Translations under genes and position numbers: made by a program | The notes under the pieces: model-generated | The model's database searches: none | Told to the model about the DNA's origin: nothing | Seen by the model: only the letters and a program-made list of their open reading frames with translations | Assembly (NCBI GenBank): GCA_044226625.1 | Contig: JBGAGQ010000006.1 | Span: 32,001 to 96,000 of the forward strand | Reading direction: 5' to 3' | Origin: Thermoanaerobaculia bacterium | GTDB taxonomy: Bacteria > Acidobacteriota > Thermoanaerobaculia > Multivoradales > UBA5704 | DNA length: 64,000 nt | Shown here: positions 18,425 to 27,735 of the stretch, in pieces | Layout of the letters: the number at the start of each line of letters is the position of its first letter | How positions within the stretch are numbered: the stretch's first letter is position 1

Positions 18425-19585
18425 CTAGCGCCCTTGTTCCCGCGCGCGGCGCGCTTCCGCCCGGCGGTCCCGGAAGTACTGGCGCTGCCAGCGCTCGACG
18501 TTGACGTTGTGCTCGGCGAGCGTCGTCGCGAAGGCGTGGGAGCCGTCGTTTTTGCTCACGAAATAGAGATACGGCACCGGGGCGGGCGCCGCGGCGGCGC
18601 GCAGGCTCGCGACGCCGGCCGAAGCGATCGGTCCGGGCGGGAGCCCGGCGAATTTGTAGGTGTTGTAGGGCGAGTCGAGCGCGAGATCCGAGCGGCGGAT
18701 GTTGCCGTTCCAGGTCCCCAGCTTCTTGAGCGCGAAGATCACGGTCGGATCGGCCATCAGCGCGATCCGCTGGGCGAGGCGGTTCTCGTAGACCGCGGCG
18801 ATCAGCGGACGGTCGCCCTCCTTCTGCGCCTCCTTCTCGATGATGCTCGCGAGGGTGACGACGTGCCGGACGCTCGGCGCACCGGGGCGCGCGGCGAGAA
18901 GGGGCGCCACCTGCTTGTCGAACCGGGCGCGGAAGGTCTTCACCAGGGTCGCGACCACCTCGCGCTCGGACACGCCGAGCGTGAAGTTGTAGGTCTCGGG
19001 GAACAAATACCCCTCGAGATCCTGCGCCTCCGGATCGAGGTCTGCGATCAGCTCCGGCGAGCGCATCAGAGAAAGGAAGGCCTCGCGGTCTCCGAAACCC
19101 TCTTTGGCGAGCTGATCCGCCGTCTCCTCGAGGGTCAACCCCTCGACCAGGGTGATCGGATGGCGCGCCACCTCGCCGCGGGAGATCTTGCCTAGGACCT
19201 GGCTCAAACTCTCGGCGCCGGTGAACTCGTACTCCCCCGCCTTGAGCGCCGGGTTGCGCAGGAAGTAGACGAGATAGAACCGGGCCAAGCGGGCGTCTTC
19301 GATCACCCCTTCCCGGGCGAGCAGGCCGAGGATCTGGCCCGCGCTGCTGCCGGGCGCGATGACGACTCGCTTGGAGGGCCCCTCGAACCCCTGGTAGGGA
19401 CGGACGAGCCGTAGGCCGGACCACCCCGCCATGGCGAGCGGCACCGCGGCGATCAGGACCAGGATCCCGAGCCCGAGCAGGAACTTGCGGAAGCCGGAGC
19501 GCTTCCCCTTCTTGCCGGGCCTCTTCGCCGGTTTTCTCGTCGTGTTCTTCGCCACGTTCTTCGCCGAGTCGCCCGCCGGGCTCAT
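18425..19585 (-). CDS. mltG: Endolytic transglycosylase MltG
   Basis: LEGYLFPETY, LASIIEKE, SPYNTY, GLPPGPI and YLYFV. Confidence 0.95.
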   Translation of the reverse strand: MSPAGDSAKNVAKNTTRKPAKRPGKKGKRSGFRKFLLGLGILVLIAAVPLAMAGWSGLRLVRPYQGFEGPSKRVVIAPGSSAGQILGLLAREGVIEDARLARFYLVYFLRNPALKAGEYEFTGAESLSQVLGKISRGEVARHPITLVEGLTLEETADQLAKEGFGDREAFLSLMRSPELIADLDPEAQDLEGYLFPETYNFTLGVSEREVVATLVKTFRARFDKQVAPLLAARPGAPSVRHVVTLASIIEKEAQKEGDRPLIAAVYENRLAQRIALMADPTVIFALKKLGTWNGNIRRSDLALDSPYNTYKFAGLPPGPIASAGVASLRAAAAPAPVPYLYFVSKNDGSHAFATTLAEHNVNVERWQRQYFRDRRAEARRAREQGR

Positions 19586-20025
19586 GCCTCGACCTCGGCC
19601 CCGAGGGGCGCTCGCGGCTCGGGCCGGGCGAGCGCGTCTTCGAGGAGGATCTGCGCCGCGACCGAGTCGATCCGCTCCCGCGCTCGCTTCGCGTCGACCC
19701 CGGCTTCCCGAAGCCGTTCGGCGGCCGCCACGGTGGTGAGCGCCTCGTCGATCAGGCGGAGCGGCAGGCCGGTGGCCGCCCGGAGCTTCTCCGCAAACCC
19801 TCGGGCGCGCTCCGCCGCCGCCCCTCGGGTACCGTCGACGTTCCTCGGCTCGCCGACCACCAACGCCTCGACCTCCTCGTCGCGGACGATCTCGCCGATC
19901 CGGGCGATCGCCGCCGCGTCGCTCTTGCGCTCGAGGGTGGCGAAAGGGAGCGCGAACGTGCCGCCGGCGTCGGAAATCGCCAGACCGATTCGCCGCTCTC
20001 CGAAGTCGATACCCAGGGTCCGCAT
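19582..20025 (-). CDS. ruvX: Holliday junction resolvase-like / pre-16S rRNA nuclease YqgF
   Basis: LGIDFGERRIGLAISD, DEALTT and IDSVAAQILL. Confidence 0.93.
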   Translation of the reverse strand: MRTLGIDFGERRIGLAISDAGGTFALPFATLERKSDAAAIARIGEIVRDEEVEALVVGEPRNVDGTRGAAAERARGFAEKLRAATGLPLRLIDEALTTVAAAERLREAGVDAKRARERIDSVAAQILLEDALARPEPRAPLGAEVEA

Positions 20026-20159
20026 GGCAGGGGGGATTCTACAGGTGTGCTAGCATCCGCGCTCGATTTCGCCCCAGGAGCCGTGTCGCGAGCGGCATCT
20101 TTTTAGAGCCTCGCCATCGATCTCCAACCACACGTCGCGAGCACCTATCGAGGATCCCG

Positions 20160-21344
20160 ATGGACGACGTCGTAATCTTAAGCGCTGCCCGCACGCCGAT
20201 CGGAGCCTTCCAGGGCTCTCTGTCCGGCTTTGCCGCCCACGCGCTCGGCGCCAAGGCGCTCGCCGGGGCGATCGAGAGGGCGGGTTTGACTCCCGACCGA
20301 ATCGAACAGGTCAACATGGGAGCGGTGCTCACCGCCGGCCAGGGCCAAGCCCCGGCCCGCCAGGCCGCCCTCGGCGCGGGCTGCCCGACCAGCACCGGCG
20401 CGATCACGCTGAACAAAGTCTGCGGGTCCGGCATGCGGGCCGTGATGGTGGCCGCGAACGACCTGCGTTGCGGCGACTTTTCGCTCGTCGCGGCGGGCGG
20501 CATGGAGAGCATGAGCCAGGCGCCCTATCTCGCGCTCGGCGCCCGCGCTGGCCTCCGTCTCGGCCACGGCAAGCTGATCGATTCGATGATCCACGACGGC
20601 CTGTGGGATCCCTACGGCGACGTGCACATGGGCAACTGCGGCGAGCTCTGCGCGCGCGAGTACGGTTTCACCCGCGAGGAGCAGGACGCCTTTTCGCTCC
20701 GCAGCTATGAGCGCGCCCGGGCGGCCACCGAATCCGGCCTCGCCGCCCGCGAGATCGTCCCGGTCGAGGTTCCGCAGAAGAAAGGTGCGCCCGAGGTCAT
20801 CGCGCGCGACGAAGAGCCGTTCAAGGTCGACCTCGCGAAGATGCCGGGCTTGAAGCCGGCGTTCCAGAAGGACGGCTCGATCACCGCCGCCAACTCGAGC
20901 AAGCTGAACGACGGCGCCGCGGCTCTGGTGCTCACGACCGCGAGCCACGCCGCGGCGAACGGCCTGCGGCCGATCGCCCGCATCGTCGCCCACGCCTCGT
21001 ACGCCCACGCCCCCGAGTGGTACAGCACCGCGCCCGTGTTCGCCGCGCGGCGCGTGCTCGAGCGGGCCGGTCTTTCGGCCGCGGACATCGACCTTTGGGA
21101 AGTGAACGAAGCCTTCGCGGTGGTCGCCATGGCGTTCATCAAAGATCTGGAGCTTGACGCCGAACGGGTCAACGTACGGGGCGGCGCGGTCGCGATCGGC
21201 CATCCGATCGGCTGTTCCGGAGCCCGCATCCTGGTGACGCTGCTCGACGCGCTCGCCGAACGGAACCTCCGGCGCGGCTGCGCTGCCATCTGCATCGGCG
21301 GCGGCGAAGCGACGGCCATGATTGTCGAGCGCATCGACGGGTAG
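20160..21344 (+). CDS. Acetyl-CoA C-acetyltransferase (thiolase)
   Basis: NKVCGSG, NEAF, GHPIGCSG and CIGGG motifs. Confidence 0.95.
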   Translation: MDDVVILSAARTPIGAFQGSLSGFAAHALGAKALAGAIERAGLTPDRIEQVNMGAVLTAGQGQAPARQAALGAGCPTSTGAITLNKVCGSGMRAVMVAANDLRCGDFSLVAAGGMESMSQAPYLALGARAGLRLGHGKLIDSMIHDGLWDPYGDVHMGNCGELCAREYGFTREEQDAFSLRSYERARAATESGLAAREIVPVEVPQKKGAPEVIARDEEPFKVDLAKMPGLKPAFQKDGSITAANSSKLNDGAAALVLTTASHAAANGLRPIARIVAHASYAHAPEWYSTAPVFAARRVLERAGLSAADIDLWEVNEAFAVVAMAFIKDLELDAERVNVRGGAVAIGHPIGCSGARILVTLLDALAERNLRRGCAAICIGGGEATAMIVERIDG

Positions 21345-21404
21345 CCGGAGGCGCCCTCCCTTCGAAGGGTTCGGACACCGAGAACCACGGAGAAACTTCC
21401 AGAC

Positions 21405-23789
21405 ATGAGCCGTCGCGCCCATCCCCTCGCGCTGGTCAGCCTGCTCCCTCTTCTCGCCCTCGGGGCCACCGGATCGCTCTCCGGCCAGGAGGATCCGGCG
21501 CCCGCCGCACCGCCGGCCGAGGCGATGGCCCCGAGCCAGCCGGCTCCCGGCGCGACGCCTCCGGCGACCGCACCTTCCGCGGCCAAGCCCACGACGGCCC
21601 CCGGTGCGACGGCCACCCCTCCGACGATCGCGCCGGCTCCGGCGGGACCGCCGGGAGCCGGGCCGGACCGGATCGACTTCGATCTCAAGTTCCCGGCGGA
21701 AAAAGGGGGCGGCGCCACCTCCGGATCGGCCGAGTCGCTCGAATACCAGCGCGAGGATTACGCCGTGCTCACGGGGGAGGTCCGGCTGCGCTACCAGGAC
21801 GTCGAGATCCAGGCCGACACCGCGGAGATCGACCTCACGAGCAAGAAGGTGCTCGCGCTCGGCAACGTCGTGCTCGACCAGGGACCGCGCCGCCTCTCCG
21901 GCAAGAGCCTCGAGTTCGACCTGTCGACGAAGACCGGCACGATGACCGAGGCGCAGGCCTCCGTGACGCCCGACTACTACTTCTCGGGGGCGCGGATCTC
22001 GAAGGTCGGTGACGCCACTTACACCTTCGAAAACGGCGTCTTCACGTCGTGCAGCCAGAAGAGCCCGGACTGGAGCTTCAAGGTCAAGAGGGCGACGGTC
22101 GAGATCGAAGGCTATGCCCGGGCGCGAAACGCGACGATGCGGGCCAAGAAGCTCCCCATCTTCTATTCGCCGTACATCCTCTGGCCGGTCAAGCGCGAGC
22201 GGAGCTCCGGATTCCTCGTCCCCAACTTCGGCTATTCCGACCGCCGCGGCAGCCTGATCGGCCTCGCCTACTTCCTGGAGCTCGGCCGCAGCTACGACAT
22301 GACGTTTCACGTCGACCCGTATTCCAAGGGTTTCCTCGGTCTCGGCGACGAGTTCCGCTACCAGCCGAGCGAGGGGACCCGCGGCGACTTCCAAGGATAC
22401 GCGGTACGCGACCCCGACGCCCTCCCGAACGAGAACGAGTGGCGCTGGAAGATCAACTGGAACCACGAGATGAACCGCCTTCCGGGCGGCCTCCGCGCGG
22501 TCGTCTCGTACCAAGATTTTTCGGACTTCAACTTCTTCCGCGACTTCGAGCGCGACTTCGACCGCAACACCTTCCGCTTCCAGGACAGCCGCGCCTTCCT
22601 CGCCGGCAACTGGGGACCGCAGGCGTTGAACGTCCTGTTGAACGACCGGAAGACCTTCGTCGGCTCGGGACAGTTCGTGACCCAGCGCAAGCTTCCCGAG
22701 ATCGACTACTCGCTGCGCTCGACCCAGATCGGCAAGTTGCCGCTCTACGTCCAGGCGCAGAACTCGGTGAGCTACCTCGACCTCGAGCGGCCGGGAAGCT
22801 ACTCCGGCCAGTACGGACGCGTCGACCTCTTCCCGCAGCTCACCGTGCCGATCCGCGCTTTCCCCTGGCTGTCGCTTTCGGCCACGGTCGGCGACCGGGT
22901 CACCTGGTACGGCGACACGATCGATCCGCTCACCCAGAAGTTCACCGGCGACACCGAGGTGCGGAACTTGACCTCCGCTTCCGGCCTGATCGTCGGGCCG
23001 TCGTTCTCGAAGATCTTCAACGCCAAGCTGGGCTCGCTCACCAAGTTCAAGCACGTGATCGAGCCGCGCATCACCTATACCTACTTCGGCTCCTACGACA
23101 ACAACGCCTTGATCCCGCTGTTCGACGAGGTCGACTCGTCGTTCTCGCAGAACGTGACCCGCGTCGCTCTGATCAACCGCGTGCTCGGCAAGTCCGACAA
23201 ACCGGAAGACGGCGGTGCTCGCGAGGTGATGTATCTCGAGATCGCGCAGGCGTTCAGCCTGGACGACAAGCAGCCGCTCCAGATCTCCCCCGTGGATCCC
23301 GTGAACAACAACACGACCGAGGGTCCGCTCGAGGCGCTGCTGCGGCTCAACCCGACCAAGGGGATCAACGCCAAGGTCGACCTGTCCTACAACACGCTGT
23401 TCAAGCGGCTGCAGTCGCGTTCGATCACCGGGGGCGTCGATTGGAAGGGCGGCAATTCGTTCGACCTCACCTGGTTCACGAATTACCTGCCCGTTTCGGG
23501 CGACGTGCTCGGCGACCAGATCCGGTTGACCGCGGGCCTGAACGTCATTCCCCGCCGGCTCCGGCTCGAAGGCCAGGTGGCCTACGACCTCGACCGCGCC
23601 AATCTCCAGCATCAGCGGTACGTCGCGAGCTGGACCAGCCAGTGCTGGGGGCTCCGCCTCGAGGTGCGAGACCAGTCGGTGGGCGATCTGCGCAACCGCG
23701 ACTATCGCCTGTCGATCAGCTTGAAGAACGTCGGCACGTTCCTCGATCTCACCGGCCGGACCTACGCCGCCGACCCGCTGGATCAGTGA
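21405..23789 (+). CDS. lptD: LPS-assembly outer-membrane protein LptD
   Basis: Signal peptide, OstA-like N-domain (FTSC..PDW, RSSGFLVP), beta-barrel C-domain ending QCWG..ISLKNVG. Confidence 0.85.
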   Translation: MSRRAHPLALVSLLPLLALGATGSLSGQEDPAPAAPPAEAMAPSQPAPGATPPATAPSAAKPTTAPGATATPPTIAPAPAGPPGAGPDRIDFDLKFPAEKGGGATSGSAESLEYQREDYAVLTGEVRLRYQDVEIQADTAEIDLTSKKVLALGNVVLDQGPRRLSGKSLEFDLSTKTGTMTEAQASVTPDYYFSGARISKVGDATYTFENGVFTSCSQKSPDWSFKVKRATVEIEGYARARNATMRAKKLPIFYSPYILWPVKRERSSGFLVPNFGYSDRRGSLIGLAYFLELGRSYDMTFHVDPYSKGFLGLGDEFRYQPSEGTRGDFQGYAVRDPDALPNENEWRWKINWNHEMNRLPGGLRAVVSYQDFSDFNFFRDFERDFDRNTFRFQDSRAFLAGNWGPQALNVLLNDRKTFVGSGQFVTQRKLPEIDYSLRSTQIGKLPLYVQAQNSVSYLDLERPGSYSGQYGRVDLFPQLTVPIRAFPWLSLSATVGDRVTWYGDTIDPLTQKFTGDTEVRNLTSASGLIVGPSFSKIFNAKLGSLTKFKHVIEPRITYTYFGSYDNNALIPLFDEVDSSFSQNVTRVALINRVLGKSDKPEDGGAREVMYLEIAQAFSLDDKQPLQISPVDPVNNNTTEGPLEALLRLNPTKGINAKVDLSYNTLFKRLQSRSITGGVDWKGGNSFDLTWFTNYLPVSGDVLGDQIRLTAGLNVIPRRLRLEGQVAYDLDRANLQHQRYVASWTSQCWGLRLEVRDQSVGDLRNRDYRLSISLKNVGTFLDLTGRTYAADPLDQ

Positions 23790-23806
23790 TCGGAACTAGA
23801 GATCGG

Positions 23807-24874
23807 ATGAAGGGACTCATTCTTTCGGGAGGCAAGGGGACGCGGCTGCGCCCGCTCACCTACACCTCGGCCAAGCAGCTGGTGCCGGTGGCGAACAAGC
23901 CGGTCCTGTTCTTCGCGATCGAGTCGATCGTCGCGGCAGGCATCACGGACATCGGCATCATCGTGGGCGACACGCGAGACGAGATCCGCGCCGCGGTGGG
24001 CGACGGCTCACGATTCGGCGCGACGATCACCTACATCGAGCAGGACGCGCCGCGCGGGCTCGCCCACGCGGTGATGATCGCCCAGGAGTTCCTCGAGGAT
24101 TCGTCGTTCGTCATGTACCTCGGCGACAACCTGATCGCCGGAGGCATCGCGAGCCTGGTCGAGGAGTTCGTGGCCTCCGACTGCAACTCCGAGATCCTCC
24201 TCGCGGAGGTTCCGAACCCGCAGCAGTTCGGCGTCGCCGAGCTCACGGAAGACGGCAGAGTGCTGCGCTTGGTCGAAAAGCCGAGCGAGCCGAAGAGCAA
24301 CCTCGCCCTGGTCGGTGTCTACATGTTCGACCGGCAGATCCACGAGTCGGTCCGGCGGATCCGCCCGTCCCGTCGCGGCGAGCTCGAGATCACGGACGCG
24401 ATCCAAGACCTGATCGACCGCGGCCTTGCCGTCCATCCGCACATTGTCCGCGGTTGGTGGAAGGATACGGGCAAGGTCGAGGACATGCTGGAGGCGAACC
24501 GGATCGTGCTCGAGACGGTGTCGGCGGAGAACCGCAGCACCCCGGGGCACGGCAGCCGCATCGAAGGGCGGGTCCAGATCGGCGTGGGAGTCGAGATCGT
24601 CGATTCGCTCGTCCGCGGCCCGGTGATCATCGGCGACGGGGCGAAGATCCACCACGCGTTCGTCGGCCCCTATACGTCGATCGGCGAGCGCTGCCGGCTG
24701 GAGCGGTGCGAGATCGAAAACTCGATCATCCTCGCCGATTCCGACATCCACGACATTCCGGGGCGGATCGACGCCTCGCTGGTCGGGCGCAACGTCAAGA
24801 TCGCGCGCAGCCACGAGAAGCCGAAAGCCCACCGTTTCGTCCTCGGAGACAACTCCGAGGTTGGGATCGCCTGA
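23807..24874 (+). CDS. rfbA: Glucose-1-phosphate thymidylyltransferase, long form
   Basis: MKGLILSGGKGTRLRPLT, KQLVPVANKP, GELEITDAIQ and WWKDTG, with a C-terminal beta-helix. Confidence 0.92.
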   Translation: MKGLILSGGKGTRLRPLTYTSAKQLVPVANKPVLFFAIESIVAAGITDIGIIVGDTRDEIRAAVGDGSRFGATITYIEQDAPRGLAHAVMIAQEFLEDSSFVMYLGDNLIAGGIASLVEEFVASDCNSEILLAEVPNPQQFGVAELTEDGRVLRLVEKPSEPKSNLALVGVYMFDRQIHESVRRIRPSRRGELEITDAIQDLIDRGLAVHPHIVRGWWKDTGKVEDMLEANRIVLETVSAENRSTPGHGSRIEGRVQIGVGVEIVDSLVRGPVIIGDGAKIHHAFVGPYTSIGERCRLERCEIENSIILADSDIHDIPGRIDASLVGRNVKIARSHEKPKAHRFVLGDNSEVGIA

Positions 24875-25739
24875 CCTGCGCTCGTTAATCTTCGGTGGCG
24901 CCGGCATGCTGGGGCATGCCCTCCGCGTGGAGCTTCGTCGCCGCGGTTGGGCGACGCTCGCGCTGCCTCGCGGTCAGGCGGACATTCGCGACGCCGCCGC
25001 GATCGAGCACTGGATCGCCTCGTTCCAGCCGGAAGTCGTCTTCAACTGCGCCGCCCATACCCAGGTCGACCGCTGCGAGGACGAGCGCGAGCTCGCTTTC
25101 GAGATCAACGGGCTCGCTGTCGGACGGATCGCCGAGGTGGCCGAGCGACACCGTGTCCGCCTCGTCCACGTTTCGACCGATTACGTCTTCGACGGCAAGG
25201 CGAAGCACCCCTACCCGGAAGACGCCTCGGTCGCCCCCCAATCGGTCTACGGCGAGAGCAAGCTCGAGGGCGAGCGGCGGGCGCTCCATCACGAGGACGC
25301 CCTCGTGGTCCGCGCGAGCTGGCTGTTCGGGCCCCACGGTCCGAATTTCGCGAAGACGATGGTCGGTCTGATGGAGAAGGGAAACCGCCAGCTCCGTGTG
25401 GTCGACGACCAGACGGGAGCCCCGACCTATACGCCGTTCCTCGCCCGCGCGCTCGCCGATCTCGCGTCGCGCCGGGCCACCGGTCTTTTTCACTATCGCA
25501 ACCGGGCGAACGCCACCTGGTTCGAGTTCACGCGCGAGATCGCGCGCAACTGGGACGAAAAGGTAGACGTGATTCCGGTCACCACCGATCAATTCCCCCG
25601 TCCGGCCCGACGGCCGGTCTACTCGGTGCTCGACGTCTCGAAGTTCGAGGCGTTCGCCGGCCGCCGCGTCGAGCCCTGGTCGTGGGGGTTGATCGAATAC
25701 CTCGAACGCTTGCGCAACGTCGGGCTGGCCGAGGCCTGA
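24861..25739 (+). CDS. rfbD: dTDP-4-dehydrorhamnose reductase (start uncertain, TTG 24861 or CTG 24876)
   Basis: GGAGMLG, STDYVFDG, YGESK, VVDDQTGAPT and ARRP motifs. Confidence 0.92.
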   Translation: MGSPDLRSLIFGGAGMLGHALRVELRRRGWATLALPRGQADIRDAAAIEHWIASFQPEVVFNCAAHTQVDRCEDERELAFEINGLAVGRIAEVAERHRVRLVHVSTDYVFDGKAKHPYPEDASVAPQSVYGESKLEGERRALHHEDALVVRASWLFGPHGPNFAKTMVGLMEKGNRQLRVVDDQTGAPTYTPFLARALADLASRRATGLFHYRNRANATWFEFTREIARNWDEKVDVIPVTTDQFPRPARRPVYSVLDVSKFEAFAGRRVEPWSWGLIEYLERLRNVGLAEA

Positions 25740-25804
25740 GCGCCCCGGATCGCGACAAGCCGTACAATCGCCCGCCGAGATCCACGAAGGAGACACGTCC
25801 GCTC

Positions 25805-26797
25805 ATGAAAGCTCTGATCACCGGAATCACCGGATTCGCCGGCTCACATCTCGCCGACTACCTGCTCGCCGAGCACCCCGACGTCGAGGTCTTCGGCATC
25901 TATCGTTGGCGCAGCAAGATGGACAACATCGAGCACCTCAAGGACGGCCAGGTCACCCTGATCGAGGCCGACCTGCGCGACTACACCTCGATGCGCCGCG
26001 CGGTCGAGAAAGCGCAGCCGGACTACATCTTCCACCTGGCGGCGCAGAGCTTCGTGCCCTCCTCGTGGATCGCGCCGAACGACACGTTCTCGATCAACGC
26101 CCAGGGGCAGATCAACCTGTTCGAGGCGGTGCGCGAGCTGAAGCTCGACCCGGCGATCCAGCTCGCCTGCTCGTCGGAGCAGTACGGCCTGGTCCACAAG
26201 GAAGAGACGCCGATCAAGGAGACCAACCCGCTCCGGCCGCTCTCGCCGTACGCCGTCTCCAAGGTGGCGCAGGACTACCTCGGCTATCAGTACTTCCAGT
26301 CCTATGGCATCCGCGCCATCCGGACCCGCGGCTTCAACCACACCGGTCCGCGCCGTGGCCACGTCTTCGTCACCTCGAACTTCTGCCGTCAGGTGGCGGC
26401 GATCGAAGCGGGACGCCAGGAGCCGGTGATCCGGGTCGGCAACCTCGACGCGATCCGCGACTTCACCGACGTGCGCGACATGGTGCGCGCCTACTGGCTC
26501 GCGGTCACGAAGGCGAAACCGGGCGAGGTCTACAACATCGCGACCGGCAACGGCATCCACATCCGCGACATGCTGCAGATGATCCTCGACCGCTCGAAGG
26601 TCAAGGTGAACATCGAGGTCGACCCGGAGCGCCTGCGCCCGTCCGACGTCGAGATCCTGATCGGCGACAGCTCGAAGTTCCGGGCCGACACCGGCTGGGA
26701 GCCGCAGATTCCGTTCGAGAAGACCCTCAACGACCTGCTCGACTACTGGCGCGACCAGTTCGCCCGGAAAGGCCGTCTCTCGGAAGTCGGCGAGTAA
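25805..26797 (+). CDS. GDP-mannose 4,6-dehydratase-like extended SDR
   Basis: ALITGITGFAG, FHLAAQSFV, SSEQYG, SPYAVSK, FNHTGPRR and GNLDAIRD. Confidence 0.85.
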   Translation: MKALITGITGFAGSHLADYLLAEHPDVEVFGIYRWRSKMDNIEHLKDGQVTLIEADLRDYTSMRRAVEKAQPDYIFHLAAQSFVPSSWIAPNDTFSINAQGQINLFEAVRELKLDPAIQLACSSEQYGLVHKEETPIKETNPLRPLSPYAVSKVAQDYLGYQYFQSYGIRAIRTRGFNHTGPRRGHVFVTSNFCRQVAAIEAGRQEPVIRVGNLDAIRDFTDVRDMVRAYWLAVTKAKPGEVYNIATGNGIHIRDMLQMILDRSKVKVNIEVDPERLRPSDVEILIGDSSKFRADTGWEPQIPFEKTLNDLLDYWRDQFARKGRLSEVGE

Positions 26798-26801
26798 CCG
26801 C

Positions 26802-27704
26802 ATGCGGGTGCTGGTCACCGGAATCGGCGGATTCCTCGGCCATCACCTCGCGGCCCGCTTGATCGCAAGCGGGCACGAGGTGATCGGAACGACCTGGGAA
26901 TCCGCCGTCGAGCTACGCGGCGTCGAGCTTCACGAGGTCGATCTGCTCGACGCGGCGGGGCTATTGAGCCTCGTCCGCCGCGCCGCACCCGACGCAGTCG
27001 TCCACCTCGCCGGCCTGTCGCATGTCGGCGAGTCGTGGAACCGCCCGGCCGACTATTTCCGGGTGAACGTCCTCGGGACGGAGAACGTCCTCGACGCCGC
27101 CGCGTGCCTCACCCGCTGCCGCGTGCTCCTCGCGTCTAGCGCTGAGGTCTACGGTCTGGTTCCGGAAGAGCGCCAGCCGATCGCGGAGTCCGAGCCGGTC
27201 GGTCCCCGCACCCCGTACGCCCTCACCAAAGCGGCCGCCGAGCGCCTCACGGTCCGAGCCGGCGGAGTCGTCGCCCGCTGCTTCAACCTCGTCGGCCCGG
27301 GCCAATCGGACCGCTTCGCCCTCCCCGCCTTCGCCGGCCAGCTCGCGGCGATCGAGAAAGGGGAGCGAGACGCCGTGCTGAAGGTTGGAAGTCTCACCGC
27401 CCGACGCGACTTCGTCCATGTCGAAGACGGCGTGGCGGCCCTCGCCCTCCTCGCCGAGCGCGGCGCGCCCGGCGAGATCTACAACGTCTCGAGCGGTAAA
27501 GCCTTCTCGATCAAAGAAGCCCTCGACCGCCTGATCGCGATCTCGGGGCTGAAGGTCGAGATCCGCGAAGATCCCGAGAGACTGCGGCCGGTGGACATGC
27601 CGCTGCTCGAAGGGTACGCCGGCAAGCTCCACGCGCTGGGTTGGACGCCGAGGAAGGATCTGAATGCGGCGCTGGGCGAGCTGTGGGAGGCGGTCAGCGG
27701 GTAA
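26802..27704 (+). CDS. NAD(P)-dependent sugar reductase/epimerase (Rmd-like)
   Basis: VTGIGGFLG, HLAGLSHV, SSAEVYG, PYALTK and FNLVGPGQ. Confidence 0.8.
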   Translation: MRVLVTGIGGFLGHHLAARLIASGHEVIGTTWESAVELRGVELHEVDLLDAAGLLSLVRRAAPDAVVHLAGLSHVGESWNRPADYFRVNVLGTENVLDAAACLTRCRVLLASSAEVYGLVPEERQPIAESEPVGPRTPYALTKAAAERLTVRAGGVVARCFNLVGPGQSDRFALPAFAGQLAAIEKGERDAVLKVGSLTARRDFVHVEDGVAALALLAERGAPGEIYNVSSGKAFSIKEALDRLIAISGLKVEIREDPERLRPVDMPLLEGYAGKLHALGWTPRKDLNAALGELWEAVSG

Positions 27705-27735
27705 ACCTCTTCCGATCACGCCACCGTCATACCGC

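Noticed and set aside
20178-23612. 1144-aa minus-strand ORF and other long overlapping ORFs (e.g. 453..2570, 4080..7010, 41755..44055)
   Set aside because: Antisense or off-frame shadows of well-supported genes, expected in high-GC DNA; no recognisable motifs.
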